The notes beneath the pieces are model-generated. The model worked only from the letters and a program-made list of their open reading frames with translations, searched no databases and had not been told where the DNA came from. A DNA stretch of 31,273 bases from assembly GCA_039024355.1 (NCBI GenBank), contig JBCCQL010000001.1:1-31273 (forward strand), given 5' to 3'. This DNA is from Planctomycetota bacterium (GTDB taxonomy: Bacteria; Planctomycetota; Planctomycetia; Pirellulales; Lacipirellulaceae). Positions 1 to 8,933 of the stretch are shown here, piece by piece; position 1 is the first letter of the stretch, and the number at the start of each line of letters is the position of its first letter. A program made the position numbers and the translations under genes.

Positions 1-234
1 CCCGCCTGTGGCGGGTCGTTCAACTGGCTGGCGGAAAACACCTGGGCCCGGCACTACCTGGACACCCGCCCGGGCCATCGGCGGGCGCGGCTGGGGTGCG
101 CGGCAATCATGGCGGGCGCCGGCGGGGCCTTTTTTTGGTTCTACGGATGGAGCGGGGTCGGCGCCGTGGCCGTGGCCCTGCTGCTGATCGCCGCCGCGGT
201 CGGCGTGGCGATGAACGCCGCCGTGTGGGGGTGA
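1..234 (+). CDS. 3' end of a gene truncated by the window edge; membrane protein with probable zinc-ribbon remnant
   Basis: Frame 1 is open from base 1 to TGA 232-234: PACGGSFNWLAENTWARHYLD...LGCAAIMAGAGGAFFWFYGWSGVGAVAVALLLIAAAVGVAMNAAVWG*. It has two hydrophobic helices. The leading PACG may be half of a CxxC motif (inference). Confidence 0.7.
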   Translation, partial: PACGGSFNWLAENTWARHYLDTRPGHRRARLGCAAIMAGAGGAFFWFYGWSGVGAVAVALLLIAAAVGVAMNAAVWG

Positions 235-279
235 TCGACGCCCGTTTTTCTGGCACAGCTCTTTCCTGACGCGACGTCT

Positions 280-2640
280 TTGCAGTGGACCTTCCAACCC
301 GTCGGCGGCCCCTGGTTCACCGCCACGGTGGCGGCCGTGCTGCTTGCGCTGGTGTGGGTGGTCCCCCGGCCTCGGCCGACGGGTGGGCGGCTGTGGACGC
401 TCCGCGGCATGCGGCTGGCGACGGTGCTGCTGACGCTCGTCGCCCTGCTGCGGCCCACGCTGACCCGCATCGAGACCAAGCCGCTCGAGGCGTCGCTGCT
501 GCTGCTGGTCGACCGCTCGCGTAGCATGCAGGTCGAGGACTCGCTGGCCGGGGCGTCGCGGTGGGCGGCGGCGCGGCGGATGCTGGCGGACTCGGCCGGC
601 GCGCTGGCCCGCCTGGCCGAGCAGTGGGAGGTCCGCGCGTTCGCCTTCGACAACGGGCTGACCGAGGCCGAGGTCAAAGGCGGCGTGGTCGCCCTGCCCG
701 AAGAACCGCTGGGCGAGGCCACCGCCATCGGCGCCACGCTCGAAGAGACGCTCGACCGCGCCGGCGCCGAGCGGCTGCTGGGCGTCGTGCTGCTGAGCGA
801 CGGCGCCCAACGCGCCCTGGCGCCACGAGACGCCGCGCCGCAGATGGCCGTCCGCCGGCTCATCGCCGAGGGCGTGCCGCTGTACACCGCCACGCTGGGC
901 CAGCCGGGCGTCGGCGGGCGGGCGGACCTGGCCGTCGAGGACCTGTCGGCCAGCAGCTCCGCCTTTGTCAAAGCCCCGACGGCCGTCACCGCCAGCCTGC
1001 GCGTGGCCGGCTTCGCGGGCCGCACCTTCAACGTGCAGCTGCTGTGGGAAGACGCCGACGGCACGATGCGGGTGGTCAACTCTACGCGGGTGAAGACCGG
1101 CCCGCAGGGCGGCGCCTACCCGGTGCGGCTAGAGCACACGCCGCTGGAGCCCGGCGAGCGGAAGCTGACCGTCCGCGTGGTCGACGCCGCGGGCGGGCCG
1201 CCCGAGGGCGAGCTGGTCACGTCCAACAACGAGCGGAGCACGTTCATCTCGATCCGCGACGGCGGCGTGAACGTCCTGTACCTGGTGGGCGCCCAGCGGC
1301 CCGGCGGCGTGCCGGGCCGCGAGCAACGCTTCGCCCGCGCCGCGCTGGACGCCTCGCCCGACATCGCCGTGACACGCCGCGTGTTCGACTACCGCCGGCT
1401 GCGCGCCGGCCTTCGGCTCGACGCGACGCAGGCGCCGCCCGACGTGCTGCTGATCGACAACCTGGACGCCACGGCCCTGGCCGCCGAGGCGTGGCGCGAC
1501 ATCGCCCTGCGTGTGCGCGGGGGGATGGGGCTGGCGATGATCGGCGGGCGGCAGAGCTTCGGCCCCGGCGGCTACGCGGCGACGCCCCTCGCCCGGCTGC
1601 TGCCGGTGGGCTGCTCCGCCGCGGAGCGGCAACGCCTGGCCGAGCCCTGGCGCCGCGACGTCCACCTGGACGGCCCGCTCACGCTGCGACCCGCCGAGCC
1701 CTTCGGCCCTAGCCACCCCATCCTGCAGCTGGGCGGCGCCGACGGGCCCATCGATTGGGCGGAGCTGCCGCCGCTGCTGGGCGCCAACCGCTTCAACCCC
1801 CGCCGGCTGAAAGCCAACGCCATGGTGCTAGCCGAGGCCGCCGGCGCCGCCGGCGCCAAGGCGCCGCTGCTGGTGGTGGGCCAGGCCGGCGCCGGGCGCG
1901 TGCTGGCCTCGGCGGTCGACTCCACCTGGCTGTGGCGCCTCGGCGGCTACGCCGACGCCCACCGCCGGTACTGGCGCCAAACCGTGCTCTGGCTGGCCAA
2001 GAAGGACGACACCACGCAGAACCCGGTGTGGGTCGACCTCGACAGCCGGCTGGTGCCGCGTGGCGGCCGCCTCGACCTGCGGATGGGCGTCCGCCGCAAC
2101 GCACAGGGCCAAGCCGCCGGCGCGGAAGGCGACGCGCCGGAGCTGGTGCGCTACGACGCGTCGGTCACCACGCCCAGCGGCAAGCGGATCGACCTGCTGA
2201 CCACCACCGGCCCCGAGGCGACCGCCGTCTTCGCCGACACCGCCGAGCCGGGCGACTACACCGTACGCGTGATCGGCCTGGCGGGCGACGCGGCAACCAC
2301 CGGCGGCCCCACCGCCGGCGCTTCCGCCAACGGCGCCCAGCAGCTGGGCGAAGCCGTCGCACGCTTCAGCGTGCCGGACCAAGACCTAGAGCTCGACAAC
2401 CCCGCCGCCGAGCCGACGCTGATGGCCCAGCTAGCCGCCATGACCTCCTCGGCCGGCGGCCGGGCGATCGCCCCCGAGGAGCTGCCCGACCTGCTCGCCG
2501 AGTTCGCCGACCGCGACCCCGAGCTGGAGGAAGAAGTGGTCTCCCGCGTCACGTACTGGGACACGTGGCCGTTCTTCTTGCTGCTGGTCGGTCTGCTCGG
2601 CGGCGAGTGGTACCTGCGCAAGAAGTGGGGGCTGGTGTAA
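280..2640 (+). CDS. Membrane-anchored VWA-domain protein with glutamine-amidotransferase-like (DUF1355-type) domain
   Basis: TTG start, two N-terminal TM helices and an intact MIDAS motif (LLVDRSRSM ... T ... LLSDG). Has the GGRQSFGPGGY..TPLARLLPV block and the C-terminal WDTWPFFLLL..LL..EWYLRK anchor typical of planctomycete VWA proteins. Confidence 0.85.
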   Translation: MQWTFQPVGGPWFTATVAAVLLALVWVVPRPRPTGGRLWTLRGMRLATVLLTLVALLRPTLTRIETKPLEASLLLLVDRSRSMQVEDSLAGASRWAAARRMLADSAGALARLAEQWEVRAFAFDNGLTEAEVKGGVVALPEEPLGEATAIGATLEETLDRAGAERLLGVVLLSDGAQRALAPRDAAPQMAVRRLIAEGVPLYTATLGQPGVGGRADLAVEDLSASSSAFVKAPTAVTASLRVAGFAGRTFNVQLLWEDADGTMRVVNSTRVKTGPQGGAYPVRLEHTPLEPGERKLTVRVVDAAGGPPEGELVTSNNERSTFISIRDGGVNVLYLVGAQRPGGVPGREQRFARAALDASPDIAVTRRVFDYRRLRAGLRLDATQAPPDVLLIDNLDATALAAEAWRDIALRVRGGMGLAMIGGRQSFGPGGYAATPLARLLPVGCSAAERQRLAEPWRRDVHLDGPLTLRPAEPFGPSHPILQLGGADGPIDWAELPPLLGANRFNPRRLKANAMVLAEAAGAAGAKAPLLVVGQAGAGRVLASAVDSTWLWRLGGYADAHRRYWRQTVLWLAKKDDTTQNPVWVDLDSRLVPRGGRLDLRMGVRRNAQGQAAGAEGDAPELVRYDASVTTPSGKRIDLLTTTGPEATAVFADTAEPGDYTVRVIGLAGDAATTGGPTAGASANGAQQLGEAVARFSVPDQDLELDNPAAEPTLMAQLAAMTSSAGGRAIAPEELPDLLAEFADRDPELEEEVVSRVTYWDTWPFFLLLVGLLGGEWYLRKKWGLV

Positions 2641-2700
2641 TCCGCGCGGGTGTCTACCTTCTGGTACGAACCCGCCGCACCGCACCGCGAGCACCCACGC

Positions 2701-3621
2701 ATGCCGCCCGCTGAGAACACAACTGAAAACACCGCCCAGAACGCCACCGAGAACGCTACGGGCAACGCCACGGGCAGCACCGTAGCGAACCGAGTCTGCC
2801 TGGTTACGGGCGCCTCGTCCGGCTTCGGCCAGCACCTGACGCACCAGCTGCTGAACAAGGGGGCGCTGGTCGCCGGCACCTTCCGCCAAGCCGACCAGGC
2901 CGAGGCGTTCACCGCCCTGGCGCCGGGGCGGTCGCTGGGCGTCGTGATGGACGTGACCGACGGCGCCGCGGTCGCGCGGGGCGTCCAGCAGGTGGCGTCG
3001 CAGCTGGGCCCGGTCGACGCGCTGCTGAACAACGCCGGCTACGGCGTCGCCGGCGCCATCGAGGAGACCTCCGCCGAGCAGGCACGCGGGCTGTTCGACG
3101 TGCACCTGTTCGGCGGGCTGTCGCTGATCCAGCAGGTGCTGCCGTCGATGCGGGAGCGGGGCGCGGGGCGCATCCTGCAGTTCTCGGGCATCGGCGGCTT
3201 TGTCGGCTTCCCGGGCCTGGGCGTCTACTCGGCGGCCAAGGCGGCGGCCGACGTGCTGGGCGAAGCGCTGGCGGCGGAGGTCGCCCCGCTGGGCGTCAAG
3301 GTCACGGTGCTCACCATCGGCGCGTTCCACACCGAGTTCGCCGGCAAGGGCCTGCGGCACGCGGAGCCCGAGATCGACGCCTACGCCAAGACGCCCGCCG
3401 GCCGGTTCCGCAAGTTCATCGCCCGCGTCCAGGGCAAGCAGCCCAACCACGTGGCCAAGGGCGCCGCGGCGATCATCAACCTGCTCGAAGCAGACAACCC
3501 GCCGGTCCACGCCGCCCTGGGCGCCGACGCGCTCAAGGGCATGCGCACCAAGATGAAGCACGTGCAGGAGCAGCTGGCCGCCTGGGAAGACAACGCCAAC
3601 TCCACCGCCAAGGACGACTAA
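2701..3621 (+). CDS. Classical short-chain dehydrogenase/reductase (SDR)
   Basis: TGASSGFG, NNAGYG and catalytic YSAAK motifs. ATG 2701 chosen over the upstream GTG 2650. Confidence 0.92.
   Translation: MPPAENTTENTAQNATENATGNATGSTVANRVCLVTGASSGFGQHLTHQLLNKGALVAGTFRQADQAEAFTALAPGRSLGVVMDVTDGAAVARGVQQVASQLGPVDALLNNAGYGVAGAIEETSAEQARGLFDVHLFGGLSLIQQVLPSMRERGAGRILQFSGIGGFVGFPGLGVYSAAKAAADVLGEALAAEVAPLGVKVTVLTIGAFHTEFAGKGLRHAEPEIDAYAKTPAGRFRKFIARVQGKQPNHVAKGAAAIINLLEADNPPVHAALGADALKGMRTKMKHVQEQLAAWEDNANSTAKDD
2716..2790 (+). repeat. Degenerate 12-bp coding tandem repeat (NTTE/NTAQ/NATE/NATG/NATG) in the SDR N-terminus
   Basis: AAC codons recur every 12 nt at 2716, 2728, 2740, 2752 and 2764 (AGC at 2776, AAC at 2788). 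Confidence 0.75.
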
Positions 3622-3682
3622 GACAGACGGGCGGGGGCGGACGACCAGCGCGCGACGCCGGCGCGACAGGGCATTTGCAAAG

Positions 3683-3852
3683 GCCCGCGAATAGCGCGAA
3701 TACGCGCGAATTAACAAGCTGCTACCTCGACCTATCGCCCCGTGAGCTGCCCTACCTGGAGAGGTCTTCAGCGAGTTCGCCAGCAAGTTCATCGAAGCCA
3801 AACACAAGGTTTCTCTCGCAGCCATTCGCGCGTATTCGCGTCATTCGCGGGC
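3683..3852. repeat. REP/REPIN-like inverted repeat, 29-bp arms, 112-nt spacer
   Basis: Left arm GCCCGCGAATAGCGCGAATACGCGCGAAT (3683-3711) and right arm ATTCGCGCGTATTCGCGTCATTCGCGGGC (3824-3852) are complementary at 27/29 positions. Confidence 0.85.
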
Positions 3853-3943
3853 AAAAACACGTCGCCGCCCGCACGGTGCGGAACGCATCGGCGGGTGACT
3901 GCAATCACTTCGTCACCAGCCAGCGCGGGCCGCGATGCCGCTC

Positions 3944-3970
3944 CCTCCGCGCCCTCCGTGCCGCCGTGGT
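3944..3970 (-). repeat. Single arm of a second dispersed repeat family (CACGGAG-type)
   Basis: Reverse complement ACCACGGCGGCACGGAGGGCGCGGAGG matches 28284-28310 at 22/27. Confidence 0.6.
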
Positions 3971-4020
3971 CAATCGCCCCGCCACGCTGTAACGCCCCGC
4001 CCGCGGCGTATACTGGCGGG

Positions 4021-5607
4021 ATGCCACGCCCCAAGCCCACCTTCGGCCTCCTCCTGATCGTCGCCCTCGTGGCGGTGGGCTGGCTGCTGGTCAGCTTCGG
4101 CCCGTCGACGCTCGAGCAGTACGACGGCCTCGCCGAACGCAGCCCGACGCTCGCCTACGCCTACTTGGCCATGGTCCTGTGCGGCGCCGGGCTCCTGGGC
4201 GGGCTGGTGGTGTGGGCGTTGCTCAGGGTCTACCGCAACACCCGCTCCAACCGCGCGGCCGACGACCGCCGCGGCCGCAGCCCTAGCGACCTCACCGCCG
4301 CCCAGCGCCGAGCCGAGCTGGCGGAGAACCTGGCCGCCGGGCGCGACTTCGCCGCCGCCATCAAGAGCGCGCCGCAGCTGCGGGCGGAGATCGAGAAGCT
4401 GGCCGCCGACCTCGAAGCCAAGCGCACCGCCCGCCGGCTCGAAGTCGTGGCGTTCGGCACCATCTCTAGCGGCAAGAGCTCGCTGCTCAACGCCTTGGCC
4501 GGCCGCGAGGCGTTCCGCTCCGGCGTGGTGGGCGGCACCACCACAACCCGCAGCGCGATCCCGTGGGCGGGGTTGCCCGCCGCCGGCAGAGCGTCCGGCG
4601 CCGCGGGCGACGAGGTCGTGCTGGTCGACACGCCCGGCCTGGCCGAGGTGGAGGGCGAGGGCCGCGCGGCGGCCGCCGCCGCCGAGGCCGAGAACGCCGA
4701 CCTGGTGCTGTTCGTCGTCGACGGCCCGCTGAAGTCCTACGAGGGCGAGCTGCTCACGCTCTTGGGCGCGATGCAGAAGCGGGTGGTGCTGTGCCTCAAC
4801 AAGGAAGACTGGTACGACCGCCGCCAGCAGGCCGACCTGCTGGCCCAGCTACGCGAGCAGTCCGCCGGCGCCGTGCGGCCGCAGGACGTGGTGGCCGTGC
4901 GGTCCCGGCCGGTGGTCCGCCAGCAGGTGCGCGTCACGGCCGACGGCACGGAAGAAACGGCCGAGGTGACCGACCCGCCCGACATCACTCCGCTTGCCAG
5001 CCGGCTGGTAGAGATCGTCCGCCGCGAGGGGGGCGACCTGCTCCTGGCCAACCTGCTGATGCAGTCGCGCGGCCTGATCGACGACGCCAAGGAGAAGGTG
5101 CTGGCGGCCCTAGACGAAGAGGCGGACCGCGTCATCGACCGCTACATGTGGGCCGCCGGCGGCGTGGCGGCCATCAACCCGCTGCCGCTGCTCGACCTGG
5201 CCGGCGGCAGCGCGGTGACGGTCAAGATGGTGCTGGACCTGGCGGCCGTCTACAAGCAAAAGATCGACGCCGACACGGTGATGGAGCTGCTCGGCCAGCT
5301 GGGCAAGAACCTGATCGCCATCCTCGGCGCGTCGGCAGCCACGCCGGCCCTGGTGGCGGCCGTCGGCACGACGCTGAAGCTGGCGCCGGGCGTCGGCACG
5401 CTGACCGGCGGGCTGCTGCAGGGCGCTGTGCAGGCGCTGATGACGCGGTGGATCGGCCGCGTCTTCTGCCGCTACTACCGCAACCAGATGCAGCCCCCCG
5501 AGGGCGGCCTGGCCGAGCTGGCCCGCACCGAGTGGGACCTGCTGACCACCGCCGACGAGCTCCGCAAGCTGGTCCGCAAAGGCCGCGAGAAGCTGGGCGC
5601 GGGGTGA
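4021..5607 (+). CDS. Era-like GTPase with C-terminal DUF697/YcjF-type helical domain and two N-terminal TM helices
   Basis: G1 GTISSGKSS, G3 DTPG, G4 NKED. C-terminal INPLPLLDL...QGAVQALMTRWIG is YcjF-like. ATG 4021 precedes the TM segment. Confidence 0.85.
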   Translation: MPRPKPTFGLLLIVALVAVGWLLVSFGPSTLEQYDGLAERSPTLAYAYLAMVLCGAGLLGGLVVWALLRVYRNTRSNRAADDRRGRSPSDLTAAQRRAELAENLAAGRDFAAAIKSAPQLRAEIEKLAADLEAKRTARRLEVVAFGTISSGKSSLLNALAGREAFRSGVVGGTTTTRSAIPWAGLPAAGRASGAAGDEVVLVDTPGLAEVEGEGRAAAAAAEAENADLVLFVVDGPLKSYEGELLTLLGAMQKRVVLCLNKEDWYDRRQQADLLAQLREQSAGAVRPQDVVAVRSRPVVRQQVRVTADGTEETAEVTDPPDITPLASRLVEIVRREGGDLLLANLLMQSRGLIDDAKEKVLAALDEEADRVIDRYMWAAGGVAAINPLPLLDLAGGSAVTVKMVLDLAAVYKQKIDADTVMELLGQLGKNLIAILGASAATPALVAAVGTTLKLAPGVGTLTGGLLQGAVQALMTRWIGRVFCRYYRNQMQPPEGGLAELARTEWDLLTTADELRKLVRKGREKLGAG

Positions 5608-5730
5608 CGCGTCCGCGCGTGGTTCGGCCCGGGCCGGAGGGGCTGTGCTGGTTTGGTTGACGGGCCGCGTGGCCGCGATTTCAATGCCGCGGAGCCACCC
5701 CACCGCCGACGCTCCTGCCGCAACCGCATC

Positions 5731-7431
5731 ATGCACCAACGCACCACGCGCCGCCGCCTTCGCATTTCGCCTCGCGGGCGAGCCCTCACTCCGGTGCAAG
5801 CCACGGTGCAAGTGACGGTGCAGGCCACGCTCGTCTGCCTCGCCGCGGCGACCGCCGCCGCCCAGTCCGACCCGGCGGGATTCGCAACGGTCATCACCAT
5901 CCCGGGAGACGCCTCGCCCGCGTCGATCGGCTCGGACACGCAGGCCAACCTGCTGCCGGGCGGCGTCCTGCTGAGCAACAACGTGTTCCAGCTAGACGTC
6001 GGCGCCCCCGACGGGTCCTCGACGAACGTCGAGCTGAACATCCTGGGCGGCGCCGCCGGCACGTTCATCAACGCCTGGGGCGGCGCCCAGGTCAACCTGC
6101 TAGGCGGGCGTGTAGGCGACGTTTTCCGCGCCCAGCCGGGCAGCTCGATCACGATAGCCGGCGGCACGCTCGGCGACGGGTTCAGCGCGCGGGCGGGCAG
6201 CACGGTCGAGGTCCGCGGCGGTGGCTTCCGCCTGAACAGCACGGATCTGGCCGTCTCGGCCGCGGGCGAGCTCGTCGACCTGCCGCCGGATTTCGTGCTC
6301 TCAGGCACGCTGGCCGACGGAACGCCGTTCGCCTTTTCTGACCCTACCGACCTGTTCTTCGACGGCCGGGTGCTGCTCCGCCCTGCCCCACTGCCGCCGG
6401 TTGGACCGGCGGTCCTCCAAGTCTCGGAGGTGTCGGACCTGCTGGGCCTACGCGCGGGGCAGACCGCGTTGGTCGCCCCCGGCGGGCTGCTGCAAGACGA
6501 CTTCAACGCCGGGGCCGGCAGCCGGATCGTCCTGCTCGAAGGCGCCGCCGCCGGCGAGAACCTGGAGCTGGTCGCCGCCGAGCTCACCATCCTCGGCGGC
6601 GGCGTCGGTCGCGACTTCGAGGCTTTCGACGGGGCGCTCGTCCAGATGGAGTCGGGCGACATCGGCCTCCGCGGCGCCCTCTCGCGCAGCACGCTGAACC
6701 TCGGCGGCGGCGCGGTCAACGACGGCTTCTCCGCCGACGGCAGCGTGCTGCGTGTCACGGGCGGGTCGTTCGCGGCCGCGCGGCAAGGGCTGTTGTTGGG
6801 CGGCGGGAGCGTCGCCCTGGTGGCCGGCGGCGCCATCGGCACACAGGGCGTCTTTGTTGGCCGTGGCTTTGAGGTCGCCGAGGGCAGCGTGGCGAACATC
6901 TCCGGCGGCGAGCAGCTGACGCTCCGCGTGCTGCCCGACGCCACGGTCAACCTGTTCGGCACAAGCTTCACGCTCGACGGCGCGCCGATCGAAGGCCTCA
7001 CGCCCGGCGGGACGGTAGAGATCGACCAGCGTGGCGGCGCCCTCGCCGGCGTGCTCGCCTCGGGCGAAGCGTTCAGCTACGGCCTGCAGTCCGTTAGCTC
7101 CACCGAGCGGTTCTTCTTCGACGCCGACGCGACGCTGACGGTCACGCTCGTCCAGCCGGGCGACTACAACGGCGACGGCGTCGTTGATGGCGCCGACTAC
7201 GCCGTGTGGCGCGGCAACCTGGGCGCCGAGACTAGCACCCCATTCACGCCCGGCGACGGCAACGGCGACGGCCGCGTCAACCAGGCCGACCTGGCGATCT
7301 GGCGGCAGGCTTTCGGCGCCGGCGCCGCGGCCGTGGGCGTTCTGGCCGTTCCTGAGCCGCGTGCCGCGGGGCTGCTGGCGGTGGTGGGCGGCTTTGCCGC
7401 CGGGCGGGGTTTTCGCCGCAGAAACGGCTGA
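5731..7431 (+). CDS. PEP-CTERM surface protein with Gly-rich repeats and dockerin/EF-hand-like motifs
   Basis: Signal-like N-terminus ending AAA-Q, repeated xxGG strands, GDYNGDGVVDGADY and GDGNGDGRVNQADL, then C-terminal VPEP-TM-RRR. Start uncertain. Confidence 0.85.
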   Translation: MHQRTTRRRLRISPRGRALTPVQATVQVTVQATLVCLAAATAAAQSDPAGFATVITIPGDASPASIGSDTQANLLPGGVLLSNNVFQLDVGAPDGSSTNVELNILGGAAGTFINAWGGAQVNLLGGRVGDVFRAQPGSSITIAGGTLGDGFSARAGSTVEVRGGGFRLNSTDLAVSAAGELVDLPPDFVLSGTLADGTPFAFSDPTDLFFDGRVLLRPAPLPPVGPAVLQVSEVSDLLGLRAGQTALVAPGGLLQDDFNAGAGSRIVLLEGAAAGENLELVAAELTILGGGVGRDFEAFDGALVQMESGDIGLRGALSRSTLNLGGGAVNDGFSADGSVLRVTGGSFAAARQGLLLGGGSVALVAGGAIGTQGVFVGRGFEVAEGSVANISGGEQLTLRVLPDATVNLFGTSFTLDGAPIEGLTPGGTVEIDQRGGALAGVLASGEAFSYGLQSVSSTERFFFDADATLTVTLVQPGDYNGDGVVDGADYAVWRGNLGAETSTPFTPGDGNGDGRVNQADLAIWRQAFGAGAAAVGVLAVPEPRAAGLLAVVGGFAAGRGFRRRNG

Positions 7432-7432
7432 T

Positions 7433-7465
7433 TCCCGCGGGTTTTGGGCGCCGCAGGATTTTTTT
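7433..7465 (+). terminator. Possible intrinsic terminator
   Basis: TCCCGCGG/CCGCAGGA stem (7 of 8 bp), 10-nt loop, then 7 T, immediately after stop 7431. Confidence 0.55.
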
Positions 7466-7587
7466 CTGGTTCGGTGGCGGGGGGCCGGGCGGGGCGGGCA
7501 TGAACGGGTGACAGGCTGACCGGGGCACACGCCGCTCTCGGCCCGCCGCTCTCGCCGCCCACCCCTTCTTTGCTGGAGACCCGACCG

Positions 7588-8358
7588 ATGACCACCTCTC
7601 GCATCCTTGGCGCCACGCTCGCAGCGGCCGCCCTCGCCCTGACCCAGAACGCCGCGATGGCAGAGATCACAATCGGCGGAGAGATCGGCCGGGCTTGGGA
7701 GAGCGGCAAGAAGCGGATCGGCAAGCTGGATCGCGGCGTCGTCATCCACGCCCCGCCGGAGCAGGGCTCGTGGCAGGGCGGCCCCGAGACGCCCTACTAC
7801 CACGAGATCAACCCGCACAACGGCGCCGTCTACCGCGTGCAGAAGCGTAGCGGCCGCAAAACCCACATCGGCAAGGCGACGCTGCAAAACCGCAACGGAC
7901 GCTACACCTGGGTCCACCCCAAGTACGGCCGCAAACGGTACATCGCCGACCCGTCCAACGCCCCGGCCAAGAAAACCGTGTACAGCCCCGGCAGCTTCTA
8001 CCAGCACAAGGGCTCGAAGACCGCGTACCTGGGCAGCATCGCCAACGTCGCCCAGCAGGCTTACCGCCAAAAGCAGTACCAGCAGCAGCACGGCGGCTAC
8101 CAGCAGCAGTACCACCAGCCGCAGTACTTCCAGCCGCAGCAGCAGTACTACCAGCAGCCACAGTATCACCAGCCACAGTACAACCAGCCCCAGTACCAGC
8201 AGCCCCAATACCAGCAGCCAAAGAACCTGAGCCCGCAGGCCCAATACTGGCTGAACGAGTCCCGGCGGCTGCAGGGCGTCGTGAACCACCACCGCCGCGT
8301 CGGCAACATGCTCCGTCAGCAGAGCTACCAGATGCAGAACCGACGCCGCGGCTGGTGA
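7588..8358 (+). CDS. Secreted basic protein with Gln/Tyr/Pro-rich low-complexity region
   Basis: GGAG at 7575-7578 before ATG 7588. Signal peptide MTTSRILGATLAAAALALTQNAAMA, a K/R-rich domain and a QPQY-type repeat tract. Strong GC3 bias. Confidence 0.85.
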   Translation: MTTSRILGATLAAAALALTQNAAMAEITIGGEIGRAWESGKKRIGKLDRGVVIHAPPEQGSWQGGPETPYYHEINPHNGAVYRVQKRSGRKTHIGKATLQNRNGRYTWVHPKYGRKRYIADPSNAPAKKTVYSPGSFYQHKGSKTAYLGSIANVAQQAYRQKQYQQQHGGYQQQYHQPQYFQPQQQYYQQPQYHQPQYNQPQYQQPQYQQPKNLSPQAQYWLNESRRLQGVVNHHRRVGNMLRQQSYQMQNRRRGW

Positions 8359-8390
8359 GCGGCGAAGCACACCGCTTGGCATGGCAGCAC

Positions 8391-8434
8391 GCCGCGGGCC
8401 TCGACCCTGGATGGGTTGGGGCCCGCGGTTTTTT
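8391..8434 (+). terminator. Intrinsic terminator
   Basis: CCGCGGGCCTCGACC...GGTTGGGGCCCGCGG hairpin (some G-U pairs) followed by TTTTTT, 32 nt after stop 8358. Confidence 0.8.
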
Positions 8435-8510
8435 GGTGATTGGTGATTGGTGATTGGTGATTGGTGGCTGTTGGCTGTTGGCTGTTGGCTGATGGCTGAT
8501 GGCTGATGGC
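8434..8510 (+). repeat. Heptamer tandem array, 11 units
   Basis: TGGTGAT x4, TGGTGGC, TGTTGGC x3, TGATGGC x3. Confidence 0.95.
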
Positions 8511-8842
8511 TGAGGTTGGTTTGCTTTTCTTGCTCGGCAATGGCCAAATTTCTGCTGGCGTGGCTCGGTTTGGCGGCACAAGAGTTGGTGTCGAGATTTT
8601 GTGTTTTGCCGGTTAGGGTGATCATCGCGCTTCTCTAGGCCCTCGCCGCCGGCAGGCAAAACCCTGGTGATCGAAGGCGGTTGCCGCCCCGGGGTCGCCG
8701 TAAGTCGTTGCGTGTCGGTCGCCGAGGGTTTCTCTTCGTCTGCAAACGGTGCGAAAACCGTATTGGCGGCGGCGCGGCGAAATCCCTCACGCAGGAATTG
8801 GGCCATGCGGCGCCGCGGCGGTCTGCTCTTCTCTAGCCGCGG

Positions 8843-8933
8843 GCTGGGCTACACTGCTGGGCTACAACGCTGGGCTACAACGCTGGGCTACAACGCTGGG
8901 CTACAACGCTGGGCTACAACGCTGGGCTACACT
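8843..8933 (+). repeat. 13-bp tandem array, 7 units
   Basis: GCTGGGCTACACT, then GCTGGGCTACAAC x5, then GCTGGGCTACACT. No spacers. Confidence 0.95.

Noticed and set aside
112-137. GC-rich run followed by T7 resembling a terminator
   Set aside because: It lies inside the first CDS (encodes GAFFW) and the stem is weak.
250-267. Sigma54-like CTGGCAC-N5-TTTCC upstream of the VWA gene
   Set aside because: The -12 element lacks the required GC, and the site is too close to the start codon.
6448-8625. 725-aa minus-strand ORF (likewise 18836-20860, 16307-17809, 2431-3825, 9006-10493 and similar)
   Set aside because: Antisense shadow ORFs expected at this GC content. They lie opposite well-supported genes and have no motifs.
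8843-8933. 13-mer array as a CRISPR
   Set aside because: Units are contiguous with no spacers, too short, and there are no cas genes in the window.
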